A stretch of 64,000 nucleotides of DNA from Geosiphon pyriformis uo1 (taxonomy: Eukaryota > Fungi > Glomeromycota): NCBI GenBank assembly GCA_016748015.1, contig JAAOMT010000061.1, positions 1 to 64,000 on the forward strand, written 5' to 3'. Under the pieces are notes generated by a model. That model did not search any database, had not been told where the DNA came from, and saw only the letters and a list, made by a program, of their open reading frames with translations. Shown piece by piece: positions 13,801 through 26,594 of the stretch. Each line of letters begins with the position of its first letter. Position 1 is the stretch's first letter. The translations under genes and the position numbers were made by a program.

Positions 13801-14726
13801 AACAGATTTAACAGCCAATTTAAAAAAATCAACTGGGATTTTTTTGACAATTACTTTTTGGTTTGAACGGCTGTTTACTTTCTTTACATCATCATTAACC
13901 AAAATTTTTTCATTAACAGCCAAATTCCTTGCCTTATTCAAATTAAATTCTGAAGTAAAAGATGATCTAACAATTCCAGGAAATTTTGAAGGAGTTGAAG
14001 CTCCCCCAAAACCATCAATGTAATAAAAATTTTTTTTCAAATTCAATAATTTATCAATACTGAATTTGCCAGATATGGCAAAAAGTTCAACATTTAATAC
14101 AAATGATTTACATAACCCAAAATTTCTGATATTTTTTTTTGTGATTCAACTAATGGTGGTCCAAAAGATTCATTAAACTTAGATAGTAAGAGCATCAACA
14201 TATTATCATTGTCACTTTTCTTGTTAAAAGAAAGCACATTCGGCAGTTGCCCCAAAATGTATGTCTTCATATGTATTTTTTTCAAAGTAGTATTATTTAT
14301 TATATTGTTCATTTCAGAAGTGTTGAAGTCAATATAGCTTGTTTTTTCAACAACCATGTTTTTCATGTTCTTTATGTTTGATACTTTACTAATACTGCTT
14401 TTTTCATTCCTCATTTTACTGTCCCAAGATTTAACATACTTGTCACCATTATCACATAACAAGTCAACTAACAAAAATTTAGTTGACAAATCCACCATAT
14501 TATCAGAAACTACAGATGTTTTTGTTTTCTTATATAATGGACCATGAGAGTAGATACTCTCAACCCATGCTTTTTTTTAATTGCCAGACCAGATTCTCAA
14601 TCCAGTCAAAATAGAACCAAAAACACCAGCAGAAGAGTCTACTAAATCCATAGCAACAAATAAGAATGTATCAAATAAAATGACTACAAAAACAAAAGGA
14701 AAGAAGGAAAAGAAAATGTGTTTTTC
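7882..14726 (-). mobile_element. LINE copy B (ORF1 + APE-RT-RNaseH ORF2 + 3' UTR + A-tail), decayed
   Basis: ORF1 begins MDLVDSSAG (~14650). APE motifs (ILGLY, DFN, TIDY, DTDY), RT (LQDMYKAYDSV, AFVNN from FVDD), RNase H (YTD, GVLDNEHAN). 3' UTR at 7900-8019 and A-tail. Confidence 0.92.
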
Positions 14727-17700
14727 TACAGCTATATGAACTAAGACAAGGTTATTTATATCTGAAAAAAATAAACAAGATTTGTAAAATCCAAAATGAA
14801 TGCCAAAAGCTTTAGTAATGCCAAGCAATTTGACTACACCAACAGAAAATCCCAATGCCAAACCAGAAACTGACACAAGAGCCAAACTATCTAATGAAAT
14901 CAATTCAGCCTTCTTCATATAGGCACAATGTTTAGCATAAACCACTCAGACATTATCCTTAAAGATGAAACCAAGAGAGCACACAAATTTAACAATTTTT
15001 AAACCAGCAACCTTGGGATTGTGAAAGATGGAAACAGCTTTGTAAACCAATTATCAAAAACAAAACTCTTATAAAGAGCTATAGATACAAAGAAATCAGA
15101 AACACAAAATGACAACAGCTGCAGCACATTTAAAGAGGAGTAAGAGAAACCAAAAAGAGTCTTCTAAGAAGCCACGTGGGAATCCAATATTTGATGTCTA
15201 GCAGAATTGTCAACCTCACAAAAAAACACATGATCCAACATTTCCACATTACCACAATACAAACACAATACACTTCTGAATGGCAACAGGCAGTCAATGA
15301 TACAAGACTTTTATAAAATAAGTGTGTGTACTAGCCAAAAGCCTGCTAGTAAAACTAGCAGCCATATGCAAATCAGGATGTTATACCAGTGATGAGTGAA
15401 ACCAATTGATCTCAGAAAGCAGACTATCTGTCAAAAACTTAGAACCAGAGCCAACCTTTCAGTGTGCACAACAAATAGAACAATAAATATTACATACAAA
15501 ATGTCTAAAATTGCCAGAAACAACATCATCATTAGCCACTATAAAGTGTTTATCCAAGTGAGGAGGAAGACATCAACCAGAGAGAGAAGTGGCACCAGCA
15601 ATCATGTCAGTATGCTTATTCCCTAAGATACCCAAGTGACTCTTTACTTTGTGCCAACTAACCCTCAAATTTTTACTATGAATAACATTAACTATATGCC
15701 AATGTTTAATCCAACACTGATTGCAAAAGTTAGGATACACCCAATCTAATTCTGACTTACAAGCATCCAAAGCAGATTAACTATTTGAAAACAAGCAAAC
15801 AGAGCTAAACAAGAGAACACACTTTAGAACCAATGCAATAGTCTGCAATTCTGCCATAGTAGAAGACATCAAACCCAATATACCAATGCCCAAACCCAAA
15901 TTAATGTTCTCAAAAAAAGTGGCAGCACTAGCTTTACAACCAACTGTGTTCAGATTTTTCAGAGACTCATCTGTATATACAAATAAACTACCAGAACCAA
16001 CCCAAGAGAAACAGTCATAAACAGATGCAAAATTACCAGAGTTAAGAATATTCAAAGAACCAACTCCACTCAAAACCAAAAAACGAGCAGAAAAAGAAGC
16101 CACACTATCAAAAAACATTGCAAAAATCTTGAACCACTCAAAAACAGAGCCATGGGGGTTTAGTTTCTTCTACTATCTAAAAGTACACCAATCAAAAACA
16201 GTATTATGACTATTATAAAGTTGATTCACAAAAGCTATGCTATACTGACAGAAAGAAAGGAGAAACTTGAGAAATCTTGACTTGCCCAGAATAGCAGACA
16301 TGGGAATCTCACCATGAAACCAAAAAGAACTGGCCAAAAAGCCACCCAGGGACAAATTGCAATTAAGAAGAATACAAATCATGCCTGCCAAAAAGTTATT
16401 AAAAGTACTGACATGAATACAAACAGGAGAACTCAATAAATAAACAGAGTACCAACACAGAACTTGCAAATTATAAGACCTGTAAGAAAACAAGCGACCC
16501 AAGACTCTATCAGAGTTCACAAAACTAATAAGAGAAGCAATCTTACTCTCAGACTGAACTTGGAAGAAAGATTTCAAATCATAAAAGGAAGGGTGGTGAA
16601 TTGTATCACTAAAAAAATTGAGTGGTAAACTGGATTTAAGCTTCAAGCTCTTACAAATCAGAGCATTCTGCCTGTTACACATATCAACAGAAACAAAGCT
16701 AAACTGTGTCTTATAGCCAACTATAAGATAGAAAACTGCCAATACCAAATACAAGAACTGCTTATTTAAAACAGTCTTCTTCAGGACTAAATTGGTGAAA
16801 AAACAAATGTTTGAATGTGTCTTAACCAAACTAGGCTTTAAAAGGCCCTCAGTTGAAAAAAAAATACCCAGATACCAATGAAATTCACCCTTTTTGGCAA
16901 TAAAGATCAGCAAGCCACTGATAAAGAGAGAAGAATTGCTAACCTTGCTATTGATGAGAATAGCCACCATCTTGTCATTATTGATTGAAATGTTATTGAT
17001 CTGAAAAAATTTACCAGCAACATTGAGAATATGTTGAGTAGCACTCTAACTGCTACTAATCCAAATTGTATCATCAATGAAAGTGCCAGCAGCAAAAAAG
17101 AAAGAAAGTCCAGCCTGAGTTTTAGCACAACCACTTCTAGAAATAAAATGAGAATTCAACTTGTACCCATATACACTCTCCTGCTGCTTGACTTCACACA
17201 ATAGAAGATCATAAAATATGTGCTACAGAAGGGGAAAAAATACCTTTCTTTGGTCCAGACTATCATGTACATAATAACCACCCATCAAACCAAAATTTGT
17301 CATAACTCAGTTGGTGCAATCCCTATAAATACTACCAAAAAATTGAATGAATTTGCTGCACATTTTAATCTTGACTAAACTCTTCTTAAGATACTTCCAG
17401 CCAACCAAATCATATGTTTTCTGCATGTTTTGCAAAACTAGCCATAGCTCTCAGTTCTTTTCCAAAACATCCTCAATAATCAAACCAATTACAAAAATAG
17501 GAAACTAAGTTGTTATACTCTTCAAAACCGAAAAATTGTCCCCATAAAGAACATTAAAAGTGCTGCATGTCAAAGAAATCCTGTCAGAGAAAATCTTGGA
17601 AAAAATCTTATGAGCCATTTTAATTAAAGCAATAGGATAGATATTTATCAGAATATCCTTCCATTTATATGGTTTGGGGATCATCAAGATCCAAGCTTTC

Positions 17701-20700
17701 TTTTAAGAGCCAGACACTAATTCACCAGACAAACAAAAATTCAAAAGTGCCAAAAGCATATCCAAGACTGTCTTATTACAATGCTTCCAAAGCTCATTCA
17801 ATATACCTGAGAGACCAGCAGCTTTGCCATTAAGCAGATTAGAAACCACCTCAAACAATTTATCAAATTCAATTGAACACATAACACCAAAAAAAGCTTT
17901 ATCAAAAACATACTCCAAAGGTTGATATTGATAACACCAGTTACCAGAGATATTATCTACCACTCTACACTTTTTAGTCCAATTCTTCATGATCACATCT
18001 ACCTTAGACTTAACCAAATTAGGTTCCAAAATCAATTCATTATCAACTACCAGATGATCAAGTACCACTTTGTGAAATAGATGCTTTAGCACACTCCTGA
18101 TTGTATGACTCTTATTCACTTTAAAGCTTTCCATCTTTTTATCAATAGCAGATCTGATGTTTGCCTCCTTAGCCCTTAGAGATTTAACAAGCTTGGCAGC
18201 ATAATAGGATCTTCTAACACCAAGAAAAGCAGAACAAATATAATTAAAGCCAGCACTAGAATCTATTATGTCCTGAATGATTAAAGCCTTAACATTGTCC
18301 AAAAAGATTCAACATCTCATAAGAAAATCAAACTTTACACCACTTTTTTCATGTAAGGTCTTAACAATCCTAGAAACCAAAAGCTCTAATTTGTGAAATC
18401 TTGAAAATTCTTTAGTAAAGACATCATCAAAACTCTTGAACTATTTCTTCTTGAACACTTTATTAGCCAAGATAACTATTATCTTGCAAATGATATCCCA
18501 CATTGCATCCAAATCTGAGAATCTTGCAGAGATGGCAAACTTATTTGAGAATATTGCTGTATTAACTGACATGACACTCTTAAAATTGTTCTATTTAGTC
18601 TTATTGGCACCCTTGAAATCAAACTTCTATTGATTCCTATTCACCTGCTTGTGAAAAAAGTTCAACTGCATATTCAAAAGTCTACCCAAACTTACAAACA
18701 TAGAAACAGATTGGTGATCTGTGTCAAAATGCTCATTGACTTCCGAAACATTGCAATACACTATTACATTAATCAAATTTGGGGAAACAAGCATATAATC
18801 AATCATTTTAATGACATCTCTAGAATTTGCTCAAGTAGACTTCTTTACAGTCAGACTGCCAACCAAGGAATTAATTAGCCCCAAATCAAGGCATCTTTTG
18901 AAGCTTGTACACTTATGAAAGCTGTTCTCATTAAAATCACTACCGAGAATAATGAAAAAAGATTCATTGACAGTCTTTGCAATAAGAGAGTTAATATTAC
19001 CAGTCTGAGAAAACTGAACTGCCAAAGAAGCACTAGTGTAAAGCCCCAAAATTGACACTGAAAGTTTATTTTTGAAAATCAACTTAATAGACAGAAGCTG
19101 ACAAGACACTTCCAAAACTCTGTACACATGTCTTGTTAAAGAAGAGTTCATGATGACCACAACATTAGCACCTAGATAACCAGATTCCAAATCAGAGATA
19201 AACACCTACACACCATTAAATTTGTTGACAATCCAAGGGCAAACTTTCTCTCTTAACTTCAATTCTATAAAAATAGAAACTAAATTGTCCTTGTCTTTGT
19301 GCCAATAGATGACATTGTCCTGTTTCACAGGATTGTTCAATCCTCTAACATTGCATATAGCAATTTTCCAAACCAAATTACTTATTTGAAAGAAGAAAAC
19401 ATCTAAAAACCCAAGCCAGCACACAACTGATCTAACTTCATTAAAACTAAACTGATTGAAGCTTTAAAAGCCACCAATTTGGACTTCAAACAGCTCACTT
19501 TAGTTATCAAAATTCTTGAACTACTGAGGCCCAGATCTGGAACAACAGAAGAAGGTGCAAGCACTACTACAAAACTATTCAAAACCATATCCAAATTCAA
19601 ATCCAAGTTGATGTTTATTGGAACAACTGAACAATCAGAAGAAGGAGAGGGACCAAAGGCACCAATTCTATGCCACTGATCTTGCACATAATGCCAGAAA
19701 TCTGATCATTCAAGAGCTTTAAGGAACATTCCAAAAAAGCCAAATAAGCATTTAAAGATAAATCATTGGTCAGAACAAGAGGAGAACCACCACCCAAATC
19801 TGAGACACCAGAAGAAAAAGAACCAAAACCAAAACCAGAACCAGAATCAAACTGAAGACCACCAGAAGAAGATGCAAAAGAGACTACTTGAGCCCATGAC
19901 TTGCCACCAAAAGCAGCAGGGCAAGAAATAGAAACATTTTTCTTAACATATAACTTGGCTAACTGAAGACAACTCACATTAAAAGCATTCCTTTTAAAGT
20001 TTTTAGAAGAAACAAACACCAGAGTGTTAGAAGCATCACATTTTAAAGCTGAGTGTTCAAACTTCCCACATTTTTCACACCAAACCAAGTCCAACTTAGC
20101 CCAAGAAAGTCTTATGCCACCAAAAATTGGCTCAGTGTGAAATACAGATTCAAGTTTATTTTCAGATTCAAAACCAATGACAGCACAACAAGTTCAATTG
20201 CCAGTCTCCAGTAAACAATTAATTACATAAGTTTTCTCACCAGCCCTTTCCAAAAGAGTACCAAAATTATGCACAGTTATTCTCACTGGCAAAGTAAACA
20301 AAAGTGTCCTAAAGCAATCCCTAGACATCCAAGTATCCCAATTTTTTATAGTCATAGCTATACATACTGAGTCTTTCTTAATGAGGAATGATTATTTTAA
20401 TGCCAGTTGTTCTGCCTGCTCCAATTCAGTAAATTCTACCATAGTCTTTTATCATATTCCAATTAGCTAAATCTTGATCGACTTGATTTCCCTAAATACA
20501 GACACTGCAGCAACAATTATTTTCTTTGGCATGTCCATGAAAATTTCCTTAATTATTACAGCTCAATTTGAACAGATTCCTTGTTTTTTAAGATCGCTAT
20601 TTACAGTGATCTCTTTCTTTCTGGCCAATGATGTGGCCTTTTCTATGCTTTCCTCTAAGGTAAATGTGATCTGATGATCCTTTCAAACTTTGAGGGAGTA

Positions 20701-21371
20701 GTGGCCTCTCCAAAACCATTAATTGTTGAAAAAATTTTTCTGATGAGTTGAGTTTTTGCTGTTGCAAATTTCTCTTTCACAGCTAAAAGATTAATGTCCA
20801 AAGCAAAAGACTTCCTAACTAAGACTTCCATTTGAGTCTTGACAATTTTGTGGTCAACCCACTTTTTATCCAGAGAGATTGAAAGGCAAAGAGGAAGAAA
20901 AACTTCTTCATCATTATCCAAAGTTGGGAAAACTAAGTAGAAAACCAAAAACAGCATCAGTATTAATATGTTTTGCTTTAGGAGTGTTGGCAGCCAAATC
21001 CAGAAGAGATCTAACATTAATACCAGTCATATTAACATCTTTTTCATTACCAGACAGACTATTTACATCAAAAAACATATTGTCACTAAGCTCAGACTTG
21101 TTCAGAAAGATATTTTTTTCATCACCCAAGTGTTTGACATTTCTAAACACGACTTTTTTTTTCTGTAAAAAGGAGCCATCTGCAGGACCATGAAAAGCAC
21201 TCTTTGGTGCCTTTTTTTTAGACATATTGTCACTAGAAGCAGCTTTCAAGTCCACAAAAAAGGAGTTATTAGAAAGAGAAATTGTAAGATATTAACAAGA
21301 AAAAATAAAAAACTTTTTTTTCAGAAAAGCACTTTTTGAGGATTTGTGGATATAAAAGAGAAAGAAGTTTT
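14727..21371 (-). mobile_element. LINE copy C (intact 5' end, ORF1, ORF2; lacks 3' UTR, fused directly to the 5' end of copy B)
   Basis: 5' motif at 21308-21371. ORF1 MSKKKAPKSAFHGP with knuckle CEKCGKFEHSALKC. APE (WKIAICNVRGLN), RT and RNase H (VYTDESL, AELQTIAL, KVKSHLGILGNKHTD). ORF2 ends VLVHIAV at 14727. Confidence 0.92.
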
Positions 21372-21688
21372 CTTTTTTTTAATTATATTTGTGTTATTTT
21401 ATTATAATTAATAAAGTTTAATATTGTTTTTTATATTTAGTAATTTTTAGTAAAATTAATTCTATAATTTATTTTATTTTTTATTTTGTTAAATTATTAT
21501 ATTATAATATGTGTATTTTTTTTAATTGTTTTTAGATTAATCAAATTTTTATATAAAAAAAACCAAAGAAAAAGGAATAAAAAATTAATATTTTATTAAT
21601 TATTATAATTAAGTTATCTTAATTAAATCTTGAATTTTAATTTTAAAGTTAAATAATATCTTAAAAAATATTTTTTTGTAGTTAAAAC

Positions 21689-21707
21689 TATATATATATA
21701 TATATAT
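21689..21707. repeat. (TA)n microsatellite
   Basis: tatatatatatatatatat read directly. Confidence 0.85.
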
Positions 21708-21738
21708 TTTTATTTATAAAATAGTTTTTAAAAATTTG

Positions 21739-21762
<24 letters not shown>
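21739..21762. repeat. Left target-site duplication of LINE D, within a (TTA)n tract
   Basis: atttattattattattattattat is identical to 28585-28608. Low complexity limits certainty. Confidence 0.65.
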
Positions 21763-21772
<10 letters not shown>

Positions 21773-21902
21773 TTATTTTATTCATTTAATGAGTGAAGCC
21801 CAACCACTACCTAGTACATAGAACCAAACCAAGTGGCTCAAACTAAACGTGATTCACGCACTTTCTACATGTGGCTAGCCACTCGGGCCAGACAAGGCAA
21901 CA

Positions 21903-24900
21903 CTATACACTTAAACTAATACATGGATTACTATTCAAACTGGAAAAAAAAAGACAAGGTCTGCAACAGCCAAAACTTACAGCAAAAGACTCCACAATGC
22001 CAAGCAACCTAATCATGCCATCCGAAAGCATAGAAGTCATGCAACGCGACAGTCCTAACACCAAACCATCATCACCAACCAAACCTGTCTTCTCTATGTC
22101 CACCCTAAATTTAGATCTAGCCAATCATACCTTAGATCAATGTAACTTAACTAAATACCTCACAAAGTTAACAACCACACTAAAAGCACACTTAACATCC
22201 TCAAAAATGCTAACAGCCTCTGTACACCAATCCTTAAGCACAAATCCTCTACACAAGACTGAATACAAGCCAACGTCCAACCAGCAGAGATCAAGAGTCC
22301 TCAAAACAGAGGAAAAAGACGAGTTACACGCACCAGTCACAGAAATCCAACGAGCAAATATCTCTGACAGAATATTCTCCTGCACATAAACATCTTGAGA
22401 ACAAGTAAAAACATGGTCGGGCAACTCCATCTCACTGCACAACAAACACTGAACACCAGGATAATGTTTATTGTACAATCTTTTGCGAACAGCCACCAGC
22501 AATCTTCTATGTAGAGCCTTCATTAAGTATATGCAAAGACTCGCCGATTTCCAGCTGGTAAATTCAGCAAGCATGTACAAGTTAGGATGCCAGACCTGTG
22601 TGGAAATGTCCCAATCAAAATGCTGCAACGGAATAGTTAAAACCACATTATAATCTGGACCAGCCTCCCAACAAGCATGACAAACAGATTTAAAAACATC
22701 TCTAACAAAGTGACAAGCATTACCCAAAACTGCAGTACCCTCAGCCAACAGAAAACACTTACAAACTCCAGACAGCAAAGAAATGGGAGAGTCAGCAGTT
22801 TTACCAGCCAGCGCATCAGCTTGATCATTGCCAGGAACTCCAGAATGACCCTTAACCTTAACCCAACTCACAGCAAGATCCTTATTCCTAATCAAATTGA
22901 CAATATGTCTTCTCTCAATCCAACAATGATTGCAAAAGTTAGGGACAACAAAAGCCAATTCAGACATACACGTATCAATGGCAGCTTGGCTGTCGAGATG
23001 CAAAACCACTAAATAGGAGGAAGAAATGCATTCCAGAGCAAGAGCCACAGCCTGCAATTCCGACAGAATCGAAGATAAAAGCCCACATACACCAACACCA
23101 ACTCCTACATCCAAAGCAGAAAAATAAGCAGCAGCCCCACTAACCACGCTAGAGGAGCCAGCTGATTTCAATGAACCATCAGTATAAACATCCAAAGAGT
23201 CAGACCAAACTTCAAGCAAACCATCTTGCACAAAAGCAAACTGTTCAGAGTCCAAAACACTACAGCCCAAAAAACCACCAGCATCATCAGCAGCATGCGG
23301 CGCCAAGCCCCTATCCAGCAAAAACTTATGCATGACATTGAACCAATGAGGCACAGGGCCCCTGGGATCAAGCTTCTTTCAATGATTAAAAGTCTTCCAA
23401 TCCATTACAGCACCTTTTTTGTCAAGAAGTCTGTCACCAAAGGCAACCCCAAAACACTTCAAAAAATGAACACAACTAAGAAACAAGGACTTTTCCAAAA
23501 TCACAGACATAGGAAAAACACCAGGATCCCTAAAAACACTAAGCAGAATGTTTGCCAAAGACAGCTCACAATCCAAAAAAATTCTGACCATATCAGCTAA
23601 AAAATTGTTCACAGGACTAACATGCAGCTTAACTAGAAACTGCAATGGATTCAAGGGCGTCCACCCAAGAACCTGCAAATCCAAGAAACAATGGAGAAAC
23701 AACCAACCAAGAATACCTGGAGCATTCAAAAAAAAGATCACAGCAGCCACCTTGCTTTCGGACTGTATCTGATCAAAAGGCTTCAAGCCATAAAGAGAAG
23801 GATGATGCAAAGCTTCATTCGGGAAGTCATGAGGCAAGCAAGCCTTAGACCTGAGACCCTTTCTTACCAAAATGTCCCACTTGCGGCATATACCAGAGGA
23901 GACAAAACTAAACTGCATTCTGTAACTAATAATTGGCTGCAAAATAGCTGAGACCAAATAAGAAAACTGCTTATTCATGATGGCTTTTTTGAGTACTATA
24001 TTGGTAAAAAAATGGACATCCGAGTGTGTCTTGGCCAAACTAAGTTTGGACAACCCTTCAGTTAATAAAAAGATTCCCAGGTACCTGTGAGCCTCACCCT
24101 TTTTTGCTATAGAAATCGGCTAACCACTAATACTTAATGAAGCAACCTTAACATCCTGATTAATTAGAATGGCCACTGTCTTCTCATTATTAATTGAAAT
24201 ATCATTGATAGAAAAAAATTCACTAGCAATATTAAGAGCATACTGTGTGAAAGCCTAGCAATCTCCTATCCAAATTGTATCATCCACAAAAGCACCAGCA
24301 GCAAAAAAGGAGGACATCTTACCACTACTCTCGATTCTGCCAGTCCTTGCCACAAACTTAGTGTCAATCCTGTATCCACACAAATGTTCATGCCATTTGA
24401 TCTCACACAATAGTGGATCATAGAAGATTCTCCAAAGAAAGGGGGAGAAAACCTCACCTTAATCCAAACCATCATGCACACAATAGCCATCTGACAGACC
24501 AAAATCCATCATGACTCTGTTAACCCTATCATTGTATATGCCACTAAAGAAACTAATGAATCTACTACACATTTTGATGCACTTCAAGCTTGCTTCCAAG
24601 TGGTACCACCCAACTGAGTCATACACTTTACTCATATCCTGCAACACTAACCAAAGTTCTCAATTCTTTTCCAAAGCATTCTCAACTATCGAGCTGACAG
24701 CAAACACTGAAGACTGGGTAGACGTACTCTTTAAAACAGAAAAATTATCACCATGCAGAACACCAAACTTGCTACAAGCTGACAAAATCCTGTCAGAAAG
24801 AACCTTGGAGAGAATCTTCCTGGCAGTCTCAATCAGCACAATAGGCCAAATGTTTGTAAGAACCCCATCCCAGTCATAAGGTTTCAGAATTATCAAAACC

Positions 24901-26594
24901 TACACTCTCCTCCACAAAGTAGGCACACCCCCAACAACCAGACATGTATTCAACAGCTCCAGAAGGCAACCCAACACCACATCACCACCATGCTTCCACA
25001 GCTCATTAGGAATGCCAGACAAGCCAGCAGCCTTGCCATCAGACAGATCCCCAACAACTGAGAACAGCTTACCCAAACCAATTTTACGCATTATCCCAGA
25101 AAAAGCGTCATCCCGTATATAATCCAGAAGTGCATACTGGCGAACCCAGAGTTCAGACACCACTGTAGACACCACCCACTTCCTTGTCTATCCCACCATA
25201 ATCTCATCCACCTTAGACTTCACCTCCACAGGTTCCAGAACCAAACCATCATCAACAACCAAATGATCAAGAATTACTTTGCGAAAAGACCAATCCAATA
25301 CACTTCTTATCATGCCTCTTTTATTAGAAGCAAAACTCTCCATGTGTCTTTCTACAGCTCCCCTAATAGAAGCTTCCTTAGCCAACCTTGATTCAAACAT
25401 CTTCAACTTCCTGTATTCTTTGTGACTTGATAACAGGTACTTAAGAAGAACCATACTATTTACATCCAATCTAACCAAATCAGAGAACGTGCAAGCTTTG
25501 GTTTCATCCAAAGTAGACCATTTCCTCATGAGATAATCAACTTCAAGCACATTACCAGCATGAACCACACCAACAATCTTGGCAACAAGTAACTCCAACC
25601 CAAAGAACTTTGAAGAATGCTTATTTCTAGAACATTGAAATTCACTAAACCATTGTTTGGAAAAAATCTCATCAGCAGACTCAACCATCACTTTTCCTAA
25701 AATTGCCTACATGGTATCCAAATTACCACCAGCTTTGGCATCAGAGAAGAGGTCCTTGATCAACAGAAGCTTAGCTAAAACACAATCCCTAAACTCAGAC
25801 CACTTGGAAGCATCTGCGTCCTTGACCTTAAACTTCCAACAATTCTTGTTAGCCTGTTTGCGCAAACTATTCAACTAAACATCCAAAAGTCCACCCAGAC
25901 CAACTGACACCATGACAGTCTTGTGGTCTGTATCAAAAAATTTTAAGACTAATCCAACCCAATGTTTAGCAACAGCAGAAGACAGATTCTCACTAACCAA
26001 AATGTAATCAATAGTTTTTTCTATCCCTCTCGAGTTGCTCTATGTAGAAGCCTTTGCCAACTGATGACCAGCAAGTGAATTGACCAGACCAAAACCCAAG
26101 CAAAACCCATAATTCGCACTTCTCCCAGATTCATTTTCATTAAAATCCCCATCCAAGACAACAAAATTGCTGGCATTAACAGCCTTAGCAATAAATGAAT
26201 TAACCTCAGACGCCTGCCTAAAACAAATGTCTGGAGATGCACCAGCATACAAACCAAGTACAGTCACTGAAAGCTTGTTTTTAAACAAAAGATGCACCAA
26301 AATAACTCGACCAGAGATCTCTTCAATCTTAGAAACATGTCAAGCCAATGAACTGTTCATAATAATTGCAATCCCAGCACCAACGAAACTCTTATCCAAT
26401 CCCAAAGAAAAAATTTGCACTCCATCAAACTTATCTGCAATCCATGGCCTAGTAGAAGACCTCAACTTTGTTTCCATGACAAACGAGACCAAATTGCCTG
26501 AATTATGATGCCAACATACAACATTCTCCTACTTGGCAGGAACATTGATTTCATGAACATTACATGTAGCAAATTTCCAAACCAAACCACTCAT
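21903..26594 (-). pseudogene. LINE D ORF2 (1563 codons): APE endonuclease - RT - RNase H - CCHC finger; in-frame stops only
   Basis: MSGLVWKFATCNV...ETKL...LGLYAG...GDFN...TIDYIL...DTDH (APE). WPIVLIETARKI, LQDMSKVYDSV, GEVFSPLLW, AGAFVDDT (RT). VYTDGSL, SELQAV, LDSQAA, KVKGHSGVPGNDQADALA (RNase H). CLLCSEMELPDHVFTC. Confidence 0.95.

Noticed and set aside
14577-14945. 122-aa ORF that looks like a membrane protein
   Set aside because: It is a chance in-frame read-through from the LINE C ORF2 end across the LINE B leader into B ORF1.
21871-22389. 172-aa plus-strand ORF and many similar ORFs antisense to LINE ORFs (e.g. 26505-26969, 37197-37610, 35386-35823)
   Set aside because: These are shadow frames of the TE coding strand with no recognisable motifs and are not conserved as ORFs between copies.
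21903-26594. Alternative genetic code or stop read-through explaining the many in-frame stops
   Set aside because: Stops replace Trp, Gln and Arg codons at different positions in different copies, and TOM70 uses the standard code with a TAA stop. Mutation explains them.
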